Shown here: one piece after another, positions 53,019 to 61,575 of the stretch
Layout: each line of letters opens with the position of its first letter
Numbering within the stretch: position 1 is the stretch's first letter
Assembly (NCBI GenBank): GCA_029210625.1
Contig: JARGFU010000001.1
Location: 325,806-389,805, forward strand
Length of the DNA stretch: 64,000 nt
Source: Deltaproteobacteria bacterium
Lineage (GTDB): Bacteria > Myxococcota > Myxococcia > SLRQ01
Reading direction: 5' to 3'
Notes under the pieces: model-generated
What the model was told of the DNA's origin: nothing
What the model saw: only the letters and a program-made list of their open reading frames with translations
Databases searched by the model: none
Translations under genes and position numbers: made by a program

Positions 53019-55181
53019 TCAGCGGCAGACCGAGAGGTAGCGGGTGGTCCCGAAGACCTCGTGGGGCTCGACCTTGCAGTGGCGCCCCCCGCTGCAGTCG
53101 GCGTCGACGCAGCAGCGGGCCAGGCAGACCCCGGCGCCCAGGTCGCAGACCCCCGAGGCGCACTCGGCGGGGTGGGTGCAGGGCGCGCCGACCACCCCGG
53201 TGGCCGTATCCGGCGCCAGGAGGCAGAGGTCGAAGTCGCCGTAGGCTCCGTAGTTCTGCTTGCCGCAGAAGTGCCGGCGGCCGTTCACCGCGCCGGCGCA
53301 GTCGGCGGCGGTGCAGCAGGGAAGCGTGCAGTAGTCGAGGACGCAGTCGTTGGCGTCCTGCTGCCGGTCGTAGTCCCCGCACCAGGCGTTGGCGTCGGCC
53401 GGACAGCTCGCGGGCGTGGCGCAGGAGGTGTCGTAGGAGACCACCGCCGAGCAGAGCCCCGCCCGGCAGCTCTGGGTGGGCGCGGCCGGGGGCGTGGCGC
53501 AGCCGGCGGTGCCCAGGTCGTCCGCCGGCGCGCCGGCCAGGCAGGCCAGGCGCCCGCCGGAGACCACCGAGCAGACCTCCCCCGGGCAGTGGGCGCCGGT
53601 GCAGCAGCTCTCCTTGCAGACCCCGCCCTCGCAGACGCCGCTGCGGCACTCGGCGTCGGCGATGCAGGGCGCGTGGGCCCGGGCGGCCAGGCCCAGGGCG
53701 GCGTCGGGCTGGCAGAGGCGCAGCATGCAGCCGGAGCAGGCGGCGTCGGGGTCCTTCTCCGGGCGGCAGACCCAGCCCGCCGGGCAGTCCGCCTGGCGGC
53801 AGCACTGCGCGCTGCAGAGGGTCCCGCCGCCGAGATCGTCGACGCCCAGCCCCGAGGCGCAGGCGGTGCAGATCCCGCCGGGGCAGGGCTGGCCCACGTC
53901 ACCGTAGTCCACCGCCGAGCAGCGCCCGCTGCCGGGATCGCAGGTCTGGCCGTGGGGGCAGTCGTACTCGCGGTTGCAGCCCGCGACGCAGTAGCCGCCG
54001 GCCTCGGGCAGCCCGCCGCCGTCGGTGTCACAGACCGTGCTCGGCGGATTGCACGCCGCGTCCGAGAGGCAGTCGCGCGCCTCGCAGTGGCCGGCCGAGG
54101 GCCCCGAGAGGAGGCAGCGCTGCGCCGCCGGGCAGTCGGCGTGGGAGGTGCAGCCCGGCACGCAGGCGCTGCCCTGACAGACGAAGCGCGGCGGCGCGCA
54201 GTCGGCGTCGGCGCCGCAGCTCGAGGGCAGACAGATCCCGCTCGCCAGGTGGCAGCTCTCGCCGCCGGCGCAGTGCCCGTCCGAGGTGCAGCCGGGCTCG
54301 CAGAGCTCGGCCACGCAGCGCGGGGCGCCGTCGGGGCAGTCGGCGTCGGTCCCGCAGGGGGGCATGCAGAAGCCGGAGGTGGGGCTCGCCGGATCGAGAT
54401 CGCAGCTCGGCCGGTCGGCCAGCTCGCAGTCGGCGTGGGCGGCGCAGGGCGGGTGGCAGCGGCCGTCGAGGCCACAGTTGGGCAGGGTGAGGTCCCGGCA
54501 CTCGCTGCTGGTGCGGCAGGGAGGCAGGCAGCGGCCGCTCACCGGCTCGCAGACCGGGAGGGCGTCGGGGCAGGCCGCCCCCGGGCAGCGGCCCTGACAG
54601 AGGCCCGTGCCGGGGTCGCAGACCGGGAGGGCCGGCGGGCAGTCGGCGTCCCGGGCGCAGGGCCCCTGGCACTCGGTGGTGTCGGGGTTGCAGTTGGGCA
54701 GGTCGGCGTTCGGGCAGTCGAGGTGATCCGCGCAGGGATCGTAGCAGCGGCCGTCGGTGCCGCAGTAGGCCTTGCCGATGGCGGCGCAGGAGGTCTGCGG
54801 GCAGGGCGCCAGGCAGACGCCGGCCGCCTCGTCGCAGTTGGGCTCGAAGCCGGGGCAGGGCCAGATCGGACAGGGGGGCCGGCAGAGACCCGCGACCGGA
54901 TCGCAGACCGGGGTGGCGGGATCGATGCAGTCGGCCGCCACCGCGCAGGCGGCGAAGCAGACGCCGAAGCGAGTGTCGCAGTTCGGGCGGGACCCCTGGC
55001 AGTCATTGCTCGAGGTGCAGCCCGGCACGCACTCGCACTCGTAGCAGACCTCTCCCACGACACACTGCGTGCAGTCGCAGGGGAGCGGCTCCTTCGGGCA
55101 GCCACCCAGCAGGAACGAGAGCGAGAGGATGGAGAGCGCGATCCCCCGGTCGAGCCAAGTCATCGGAGAACCATAGCGCAT
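53019..55181 (-). CDS. large lipoprotein built from ~25 Myxococcus-type cysteine-rich repeats
   Basis: Lipobox FLLGGC. Repeated C-x3-5-DC-x5-8-C-x4-8-G-x-C units such as SNDCQGSRPNCDTRFGVC and DADCPPALPVCDPGTGLC. GGAGG RBS. Confidence 0.8.
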   Translation of the reverse strand: MRYGSPMTWLDRGIALSILSLSFLLGGCPKEPLPCDCTQCVVGEVCYECECVPGCTSSNDCQGSRPNCDTRFGVCFAACAVAADCIDPATPVCDPVAGLCRPPCPIWPCPGFEPNCDEAAGVCLAPCPQTSCAAIGKAYCGTDGRCYDPCADHLDCPNADLPNCNPDTTECQGPCARDADCPPALPVCDPGTGLCQGRCPGAACPDALPVCEPVSGRCLPPCRTSSECRDLTLPNCGLDGRCHPPCAAHADCELADRPSCDLDPASPTSGFCMPPCGTDADCPDGAPRCVAELCEPGCTSDGHCAGGESCHLASGICLPSSCGADADCAPPRFVCQGSACVPGCTSHADCPAAQRCLLSGPSAGHCEARDCLSDAACNPPSTVCDTDGGGLPEAGGYCVAGCNREYDCPHGQTCDPGSGRCSAVDYGDVGQPCPGGICTACASGLGVDDLGGGTLCSAQCCRQADCPAGWVCRPEKDPDAACSGCMLRLCQPDAALGLAARAHAPCIADAECRSGVCEGGVCKESCCTGAHCPGEVCSVVSGGRLACLAGAPADDLGTAGCATPPAAPTQSCRAGLCSAVVSYDTSCATPASCPADANAWCGDYDRQQDANDCVLDYCTLPCCTAADCAGAVNGRRHFCGKQNYGAYGDFDLCLLAPDTATGVVGAPCTHPAECASGVCDLGAGVCLARCCVDADCSGGRHCKVEPHEVFGTTRYLSVCR

Positions 55182-55211
55182 CGCAGCCCCTCCGAGCTCC
55201 CGTGGAGAGGC

Positions 55212-55255
55212 CGTGGACGTGTACGTGGACGTGGACGTGCACGTACACGTCCACG
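55212..55255. repeat. (ACGTNN)7 hexanucleotide tandem repeat with 14-nt inverted-repeat arms (CGTGGACGTGTACG ... CGTACACGTCCACG)
   Basis: Second member of the hexamer family seen at 35211. Sits between the rSAM stop (55279) and the Cys-rich lipoprotein start (55181). Confidence 0.7.
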
Positions 55256-55278
55256 GGTTCTCCCCCGACCACCTGACC

Positions 55279-56820
55279 TCAGCCCCGCAGGACCCCCATG
55301 AGGATCTTCAGCCCCTCGACGGTCGCGGGGCCCGGCTCACCGCCCTCGACGCGGTAGCCGCCGCTCGGCTTGCTGCGCTCCTGCGCCAGCCAGAAGGTCA
55401 GCCGCGCGCCCTCGGGGCCCTCGAGGGAGAGCTCGGCCCGCTGGCCGTCCACCGAGAGCTCGAGGGCCGTCCAGCGCAGCTCGCCGAAGGGGGCCGCCGC
55501 GCGCAGGCGGCCGAGGCGGCCGCGCAGGCGGCGCTCGCCCCGGCCGAGGAGATCGCGGCCCGGCGGGTGCACCGGCCGCTCGCCGCCGGCGAGCAGCCCC
55601 TCGAAGAGGGCCAGCAGCGCCTCGTAGACCCCCGCCTCGTCGTCGGGCGCCGAGCGCAGGTGGATCGAGAAGTCGGCGAAGCCGCAGAGGCCCACCTCGG
55701 AGGCGGGGCGCAGGGCGAAGACGAGCTCCCCGGGCTCACCCTCGAGGTGCAGCTCGAGCTCGTTGTCGGCGGTGAGCGAAGGCGCCGCCGCGCCGAAGGC
55801 GGCGAGGGGGCCGAGGGCCGCGGCGCGCTGACCGGCGGCCCAGAGGTGGGGCCAGAGCACGCGCCGGTTCGGGTCGGCCTCGCGCAGCTGCTCGACGTTC
55901 ACCGGCTCGAGCTCCTCGAGGCCGTAGAAGTCCCGGTAGGTCTCGAAGGTCCCCGAGCAGCGCGCGGTGAAGACGCAGGACGCGCAGCCGGTGGTCTTGA
56001 GCTTGTCGGTGCGCTTGTCCTCGTACTTGTCCCAGGGCGCGGAGAGCGCGTCGTCACCGTCGACCGAGACCGTGTAGGTCATCTCGCCGTCGTGGTGGAT
56101 CCACCGGGCGAGGTGCGGCGCCACGCAGTAGGGCAGGTTGCCGATGTTGAGATCGAAGTCGCCGGCGACGCCCTGCGCCAGGGCGGTGAGGGGCCCCCGC
56201 AGCTCGGCGTAGCTCGGGAGGATCGCCCGCAGCTCCTCCTCCTCGCGCACCCCGGCGTCCCGCGGCCGCATCATGTCGAGGTGGAGCTGGTCGATCCCGT
56301 AGCGCTCGATCAGCTCGGGGAAGTGCTGCACGGAGGCGGCGTTGCTCTTCACCACGCACATGTTCGCCGAGACCCGCTCCCCCCGCTCGCGCAGGCCCTC
56401 GAGGGTGGCGAGGATCCGGCCGAAGGAGCCCGGGCGGCGGGTGGTGGCCTCGTGGGCCTCGGCGGTGGCGCCCTGCAGCGAGAGCCGCCAGCGCAGCGGT
56501 GCGCCGAGGGCGATGAGCTCGTCGATGTAGCTGCCCCGCGCGGTCTTCACGCCGTTGGTGAAGAGGACCACCTCCTCGAAGCCCAGCGCGGCGCAGCGCT
56601 GCAGCACGGCCTTGAAGCCGGGCTGGAGGGTGGGCTCACCGCCCAGGAGGGTGATCTTCCGCAGGCCGTGGGCGTGGGCCGCCTCGATGTGCTCCAGGAT
56701 CGGCTCCACCGGCATCGGCCCCGCCTCGCCCCAGGAGGTGCGCTGCCCGCTGACGCAGAAGACGCAGCGGTTGTTGCACATGTGCCCGAGCTGGATCTCG
56801 GCCTGGCGGGTCGGCTCCAT
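55279..56820 (-). CDS. radical SAM/SPASM-domain enzyme with novel C-terminal domain (paralog of 7932-10097)
   Basis: CNNRCVFC is a CxxxCxxC motif. CASCVFTARC is a SPASM-type motif. The C-terminal LELSVDGQRAELSLEGPEG motif is shared with the 7932 gene. AGAAGGTAG RBS. Confidence 0.85.
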   Translation of the reverse strand: MEPTRQAEIQLGHMCNNRCVFCVSGQRTSWGEAGPMPVEPILEHIEAAHAHGLRKITLLGGEPTLQPGFKAVLQRCAALGFEEVVLFTNGVKTARGSYIDELIALGAPLRWRLSLQGATAEAHEATTRRPGSFGRILATLEGLRERGERVSANMCVVKSNAASVQHFPELIERYGIDQLHLDMMRPRDAGVREEEELRAILPSYAELRGPLTALAQGVAGDFDLNIGNLPYCVAPHLARWIHHDGEMTYTVSVDGDDALSAPWDKYEDKRTDKLKTTGCASCVFTARCSGTFETYRDFYGLEELEPVNVEQLREADPNRRVLWPHLWAAGQRAAALGPLAAFGAAAPSLTADNELELHLEGEPGELVFALRPASEVGLCGFADFSIHLRSAPDDEAGVYEALLALFEGLLAGGERPVHPPGRDLLGRGERRLRGRLGRLRAAAPFGELRWTALELSVDGQRAELSLEGPEGARLTFWLAQERSKPSGGYRVEGGEPGPATVEGLKILMGVLRG

Positions 56821-56829
56821 GGCTACCTT

Positions 56830-59064
56830 CTAGTCTCCCTTCGGGGTGTGGACCAGCGAGGCGAGGGCGGCGCCCGCGGCCGGCAGGTCCGCGGTGCCCA
56901 GGCGAAAGACCTCGACCTGCTCGCAGCGGGCGATCAGCGCCTCGAGGTCCGGGCGATCGAGGGAGGGCAGCTCGAGGCAGCTCTGCAGGAGCGCGGCCGC
57001 ACCCTCGGCGGCCGGGAGGGCCTCGAGGCCCCCGGCCTGCGTCCGGTCCGGGAGGATCAGGGCCCGCAGGGGAGCCGGGCCCTCGGCCGGGAGCGAGAGC
57101 CAGCGCAGGGCGTCGGGGTCGGCGGGGTCGCGCGCCGTCAGCTCCAGCCGCAGCCCGGGTGGCAGCAGGCGCTCCCCCTCCCCCTTCACGGTGACCGGCT
57201 TGGAGAGGCCCCGCACCTCGCCGCCGGGGTCGAGCGCGACCAGCTCGTCGCTCTGGTACCCGGCGCCCGCCGCGACCGCGTGCGCGCAGAGCAGGCTCTT
57301 GCCCGCGCCGCTGACGCCCGGGATCACCACCGCGCCGGCCGGGCCGCTCAGCGCGGCCGCGTGGAAGAGGGGCTCGCGCCCGGCGCCGGTCAGCCCGCAC
57401 CACGCGGCCTCCACCAGGGATCGCAGGGCGCTCGAGGCGTTCGCGTCGCCCGCCGGCTCGCCGTCGACGAGGAGGTAGTGGCGGGTCAGCGCCTCGGGGG
57501 AGGGCCGGCGGCTGTGGACCTGGATCCAGCCCAGGATCTCCCCGCGCCCGTCCGCCGCCTCGGGCAGGAGGTGGGCGGAGAGCCAGGGCGAGAGGAGGGC
57601 CCAGGCCTCGGGGCTGGCCTCCAGGTAGACCTGGCCGCGCAGCTGCGGCAGGGCCGAGAGGACGGCCCCCGCGCCGAGCGACTCGCGCAGGAAGAGCCCG
57701 GGCCGCGCGGGCGGGGCGTCCAGGGGGCGCTCCCCGGGCTCGCCGAGGGGCCAGCGCCGCGGCGGCGCCTCCGGGGCGGGCGGCGCCTCCGGGGCGGGCG
57801 GCGCCTGCTCCAGGAGCAGGCCCTCGCGCGTCAGCGCCGAGCGGACCTCGCGCAGATCCTCGTGGAAGGCGGCCTCGCCGCCGGGCTCGCCGTAGGCCCG
57901 GGCGAAGTGGGCGGCGGTGGCCTCCACGCCCTCCCCCGCGGCGAAGTGCTCGAGGGCCTCGGCCGCCGTGGCGTTGAGGAGGTGGACCTTGCCGGCGCCC
58001 CGCCGCAGGAGCAGCCGCTCCTCGCCGCAGTCGAAGGACTCGACGCCGGGCGCGAGGTGGAGCGCCGCCTCCGGGGCCGGCGCTCCGGGCTCGCCGGGCG
58101 GGAGGTAGTCGCAGCGGGGGTTCTTCGCTCTCGCGTCACCGAGCTCGGTGAGGGGCAGCGCGCGGCAGTCGAAGCACTGGGCCTTGCGATCGCAGCCGCG
58201 GCAGTCCTCGACGTCGTCGACGGTGAGCGCCCAGAGCCCGGCGAGGGGCCCCTCGGCCAGCACCCGCGGCAGCGGCGTCTCGGCCACGTTTCCCACCACC
58301 GCCGAGCGGGAGAAGATGCAGGGGGTGACCCGGCCCGAGGGGTCGATGGCGAGCTTCCCGTCCCAGCAGGTCGCCTGCGCCGCGTTGCCCCCGGGGGCGT
58401 GGAGCGTGGCCCAGGCCGAGTCCCGGCAGGCGGTGCAGGAGGGCACGTCCCCCGGCCGGGAGGCGGTGCGCCCTCGCCCGGTCGGACGGACGGGATCCAC
58501 CGAGAGGGGCGTGAGCACCCCCAGCCGCCGCACCAGGCTCTCCACCGCGGCGGCGTCGCCGGCGTTGCCCTCGGTCAGGACGGTGGCGACGCGCAGGTGC
58601 AGGCCCACGGCGCAGACCCGGCGGATCGTCTCCACGGTGGCCTCGAAGCTGCCCTCGACCCCGGTGACGGCGTCGTGCACCGGGGCGCGGGCGGAGTGGA
58701 GCGAGATGGCCAGGGCGACGCCGTGGCGGGCGAGGAAGGCGAGGTCGTCGTCGGAGAGCCGGGTCCCGTTGGTGAAGAGCTCGATGGCGAGCCCGCGCCG
58801 GCTGGCGTGCTCCACGAGGCGCCGCCAGTCGGGATGCGCGGTGGCCTCGCCGCCGGTGAACTGCACCGAGCTGCCGCCGGCGGCGACGATCTCGTCGAGG
58901 AGCTCGAGCCAGCGCTCGGTGGGCAGGCTGCGGTGCGGCGTCTCCGGCGTGCTGTGGGTGTAGCACTGCTCGCAGCGCAGGTTGCAGGCGTGGGTGAGCT
59001 CGAGCCAGGCGAACTCGAGCCCTCCCTCGCCGCGCCCTGCCGGCGCGCTGGATCCCGCCCTCAT
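56830..59064 (-). CDS. multidomain RiPP-maturase-like protein: radical SAM/SPASM + PqqD-like RRE + HprK-like P-loop (putative peptide kinase) domain
   Basis: CNLRCEQC is a CxxxCxxC motif. CTACRDSAW is a SPASM-region motif. HLLNATAAEALEHFAAGEGVEATAAHFARAY is a PqqD-like fold. GVSGAGKSLL is an HprK-type P-loop. Start MRAGSS (59064) was chosen over the upstream GTG. Confidence 0.8.
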   Translation of the reverse strand: MRAGSSAPAGRGEGGLEFAWLELTHACNLRCEQCYTHSTPETPHRSLPTERWLELLDEIVAAGGSSVQFTGGEATAHPDWRRLVEHASRRGLAIELFTNGTRLSDDDLAFLARHGVALAISLHSARAPVHDAVTGVEGSFEATVETIRRVCAVGLHLRVATVLTEGNAGDAAAVESLVRRLGVLTPLSVDPVRPTGRGRTASRPGDVPSCTACRDSAWATLHAPGGNAAQATCWDGKLAIDPSGRVTPCIFSRSAVVGNVAETPLPRVLAEGPLAGLWALTVDDVEDCRGCDRKAQCFDCRALPLTELGDARAKNPRCDYLPPGEPGAPAPEAALHLAPGVESFDCGEERLLLRRGAGKVHLLNATAAEALEHFAAGEGVEATAAHFARAYGEPGGEAAFHEDLREVRSALTREGLLLEQAPPAPEAPPAPEAPPRRWPLGEPGERPLDAPPARPGLFLRESLGAGAVLSALPQLRGQVYLEASPEAWALLSPWLSAHLLPEAADGRGEILGWIQVHSRRPSPEALTRHYLLVDGEPAGDANASSALRSLVEAAWCGLTGAGREPLFHAAALSGPAGAVVIPGVSGAGKSLLCAHAVAAGAGYQSDELVALDPGGEVRGLSKPVTVKGEGERLLPPGLRLELTARDPADPDALRWLSLPAEGPAPLRALILPDRTQAGGLEALPAAEGAAALLQSCLELPSLDRPDLEALIARCEQVEVFRLGTADLPAAGAALASLVHTPKGD

Positions 59065-59156
59065 ACGACCTGGCAGTATAGGCCGCCGTCGGCAGGATGC
59101 GGTTGCAGGACGACCCGAAAGCCTGTCATCTTCGGCTGGAGAGAGGACCCAACCCC

Positions 59157-59402
59157 TTGGCGAAGAAGGAAGACCTGAAGCCACCCACCGAGGAGGCGGC
59201 CGACCCGGTGCGCCGGGGCAAGCGCCTGCGCCGCTACCTCGCGCCGAAGATCCGGACCCTCGCCCTGCCGACCCTCCAGGCCAGCCCCGCCTGCGGACCG
59301 GCCGGCTGCCCGCCCAACCTCCAGGGCTGCGGACCCAACGTCTGCGGTCCGGTCATGCCGCCCCCGAGCTGCGGACCCGCGGGCTGCGGGCCCCGCAACT
59401 GA
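59157..59402 (+). CDS. candidate Cys-rich precursor peptide (core ACGPAGCPPNLQGCGPNVCGPVMPPPSCGPAGCGPRN)
   Basis: A small ORF in the 345-bp gap directly upstream of, and divergent from, the maturase. TTG start with a GGAGAGAGG RBS; an alternative ATG lies at 59097. There are five CGP motifs in 40 aa, encoded by a CTGCGGNCC nucleotide repeat. Confidence 0.45.
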   Translation: MAKKEDLKPPTEEAADPVRRGKRLRRYLAPKIRTLALPTLQASPACGPAGCPPNLQGCGPNVCGPVMPPPSCGPAGCGPRN

Positions 59403-59409
59403 CGCGGCG

Positions 59410-59907
59410 TCACCAGGCGACGACGCCGGCCCGGCGCAGCAGCACCAGGGTGTCGGCCACCTGCGGCCGCAGGCGAGCGAGGCTGACCTCGTAGCGGCCG
59501 GCGAGCGAAGCGCCGAGCGCCCGCACGCTGCGCTCACCGTCGCAGAGCTCGAGGATCTCCCGGGCCGTCTCGTTGAGCCGCAGGCGGGCGCCCGCGGCGG
59601 TCGAGACCTCGACCTCGGTGGCGGAGATCCGCTCGACGCGCAGCTCCGCGGTGATCCGTGGCCGCTGCCGGGCGAGGCGCCGCCAGCGAAAGATCGAGCG
59701 CGCCCCGAGCGCCGCTGGACCGAGGGACTCGAGCTGCAGGGCACCCACCAGGATCGCGGCCGAGCCGGCGCCGAGCAGTCCACCGATCAGATCACGTCGG
59801 CTGAGGACCCGCTCGTGGGACCGAGGGGCCGTGCTTCCCCGATCGATTGCTGCTCGGTTGTTCACACTACCTACGACCTCCGGGGAGGACCCCCCGGATG
59901 GGCTCAT
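59410..59907 (-). CDS. PqqD-family (RRE-like) small protein with N-terminal SRRDLIGG Tat-like/hydrophobic segment
   Basis: The C-terminal 90 aa (RLRLNETAREILELCDGERSVRALGASLAGRYEVSLARLRPQVADTLVLLRRAGVV) match the PqqD signature. Ends 8 nt from the precursor ORF. Confidence 0.5.
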   Translation of the reverse strand: MSPSGGSSPEVVGSVNNRAAIDRGSTAPRSHERVLSRRDLIGGLLGAGSAAILVGALQLESLGPAALGARSIFRWRRLARQRPRITAELRVERISATEVEVSTAAGARLRLNETAREILELCDGERSVRALGASLAGRYEVSLARLRPQVADTLVLLRRAGVVAW

Positions 59908-59914
59908 TGTAGGG

Positions 59915-59946
59915 ATCCGCGAATCGGGATCGCAAACGGGATCTTC
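59915..59946 (-). promoter_or_regulatory. three GATCCC direct repeats at 12-14 nt spacing immediately 5' of the PqqD-like gene
   Basis: On the minus strand the sequence reads aaGATCCCgtttgcGATCCCgattcgcgGATCCCtaca-ATG. Candidate operator or iterative binding site. Confidence 0.4.
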
Positions 59947-59962
59947 CGCCCAAGGCCTGGCC

Positions 59963-60325
59963 CTAGAGGCGGGGGGCGAGGAAGCGGGCGATGGCCAGCA
60001 TGTCCTCCCAGCCGATGCGGGAGAAGGTCAGGGCCACGCCCGGGGCCTCCTCGTCGCAGCGGACGACCCGGCCGGAGAGCCGAAGCTCGTCGTCGAGCTC
60101 GGGGATGGTGAGGGTGAGGGGGACCACCTGCCCCACCGCCGCCTTCACCCCGGTGAGGTAGACGCCGGTCAGGGAGAGGTTGCAGGCCTCGAGCTCGCGC
60201 TCGCCGCGGCGGGTGGGCACCCGGACCCGGAGCGCCCCTCCGACGCGCGGGGGGCGGCCCCTCCAGCCGGAGGGGCGTGAGGTGCGGGTCTGGAGGGCAT
60301 CTTCGAAGGGCAGGGTCGCGTCCAT
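59963..60325 (-). CDS. PilZ-domain (c-di-GMP-binding) protein
   Basis: RRGER...NLSLTGVYLTG matches the RxxxR / (D/N)xSxxG PilZ motifs. ~120 aa. Confidence 0.7.
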   Translation of the reverse strand: MDATLPFEDALQTRTSRPSGWRGRPPRVGGALRVRVPTRRGERELEACNLSLTGVYLTGVKAAVGQVVPLTLTIPELDDELRLSGRVVRCDEEAPGVALTFSRIGWEDMLAIARFLAPRL

Positions 60326-60421
60326 GGGTCCGTTCCTTTCGAGCCCATGCTCGCAGCGGATCGGACCGGGTCAACTTTTTGCCGCCCGGTAGGCCCCGCT
60401 CCCACTCCCGTCCCCGCCCTC

Positions 60422-60637
60422 CTACTTGCGCAGGGTGAGGGCGGCCTTGGCGATGAGGATCACCCAGGGGATGCCGTGCATGAGGAGGTCGAAGACGTCG
60501 ATGGGCCGCTTCAGGGTGCCCTTGAAGAGCATCTGGAGCTTCTCGACGATGTGGGGGGGCGCGAAGGGGGCGAGCCCCAGGGTGAGGCAGGCCACGACCA
60601 CGAACTCCCACGGCATCTTCTGGATCCACTCGACCAT
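60422..60637 (-). CDS. small membrane protein (hypothetical, ~71 aa)
   Basis: MVEWIQKMPWEFVVVACLTLGLAPFAPPHI... has two hydrophobic segments. The upstream part of the ORF looks non-coding. Confidence 0.4.
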   Translation of the reverse strand: MVEWIQKMPWEFVVVACLTLGLAPFAPPHIVEKLQMLFKGTLKRPIDVFDLLMHGIPWVILIAKAALTLRK

Positions 60638-60716
60638 CGTGACGATCGAGAGCCGCCGGGAGCAGAAAGGATTCGTCGCCAGGGGTGAAGCCGTCCTATC
60701 CTCTCGGGACGCCCCC

Positions 60717-61565
60717 ATGACGACCCCCCCCTCCACCCGGGTCCTGGGCGTGGGCCACGTCGGCCGGCGCCTGCTCGAGACCCTCGGCGCCGATGGTCTG
60801 CCCGCACGCGGCACGGTGCGCGATCCGGGGCGGGCCGATCTCCTGCGGGACGCCGGCCTCTACTGCGTCCCCCTGGACCTCGACGAGCACGCCGGGGCCG
60901 CCTCCCTCGGCGCCCTGCTCGAAGAGGGCGAGCACCTGGTGGTGACCCTCCCCCCGGACGGCTCCGGGCTGCGCGCCCGGGCCCTCGCCCAGGCCGTGGA
61001 GCTCGCCCGGCCCGGGAGGGTGATCCTGCTCTCCTCCACCGGGGTCTACGCCGAGGTCGGGGGCGGCGAGGTCGACGAGGAGAGCCCTCTGGCCGACACC
61101 CCGGCGGCCCTTCGCCGGCGGGAGATGGAGGCGACCCTCGCCGGCGCCTGCGAGCGCGCCGGCGCCCCCTTCTTCGCCCTGCGCCTCCCGGCGATCTACG
61201 GCCACGGCCGGGGCCTGCACCGGAGCCTGGAGGCCGGCCGGATCCGGCTCTGGGGAGGCGGCGAGCAGCTCCTCAACCGGATCCACGTCGACGACATCGT
61301 CGGCGCGATCCTCGCGGTGATGGAGGCGCCGGCCGACGCCGCGGGCGTCTACAACCTCTCCGACGACCACCCCTGCACCCTGCGGGAGATCGTCACCTGG
61401 CTCTGCGAGCGGCTGGAGCTACCCCTGCCCCCGGAGGCCCCGCTGGAGGAGGCCCCCCTCACCCTGCAGGGCAGCAAGCTCGTCCGCAGCGCGCGCCTGC
61501 GCGAGCGCACCGGCTGGGCGCCCCGCTACCCCTCCTACCGGGAGGGGATGGCCGCGGCCCCCTGA
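60717..61565 (+). CDS. NAD-dependent epimerase/dehydratase (atypical SDR) family protein
   Basis: N-terminal VLGVGHVGRRL Rossmann-like motif. Mid YG...R block. Confidence 0.7.
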   Translation: MTTPPSTRVLGVGHVGRRLLETLGADGLPARGTVRDPGRADLLRDAGLYCVPLDLDEHAGAASLGALLEEGEHLVVTLPPDGSGLRARALAQAVELARPGRVILLSSTGVYAEVGGGEVDEESPLADTPAALRRREMEATLAGACERAGAPFFALRLPAIYGHGRGLHRSLEAGRIRLWGGGEQLLNRIHVDDIVGAILAVMEAPADAAGVYNLSDDHPCTLREIVTWLCERLELPLPPEAPLEEAPLTLQGSKLVRSARLRERTGWAPRYPSYREGMAAAP

Positions 61566-61575
61566 TCGTCCGGCT

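Noticed and set aside
59410-59907. Treating the SRRDLIGG segment as a definite Tat signal, i.e. an exported RRE protein
   Set aside because: Export of a PqqD-like RiPP recognition protein is implausible. The start codon is uncertain, so the segment is only noted.
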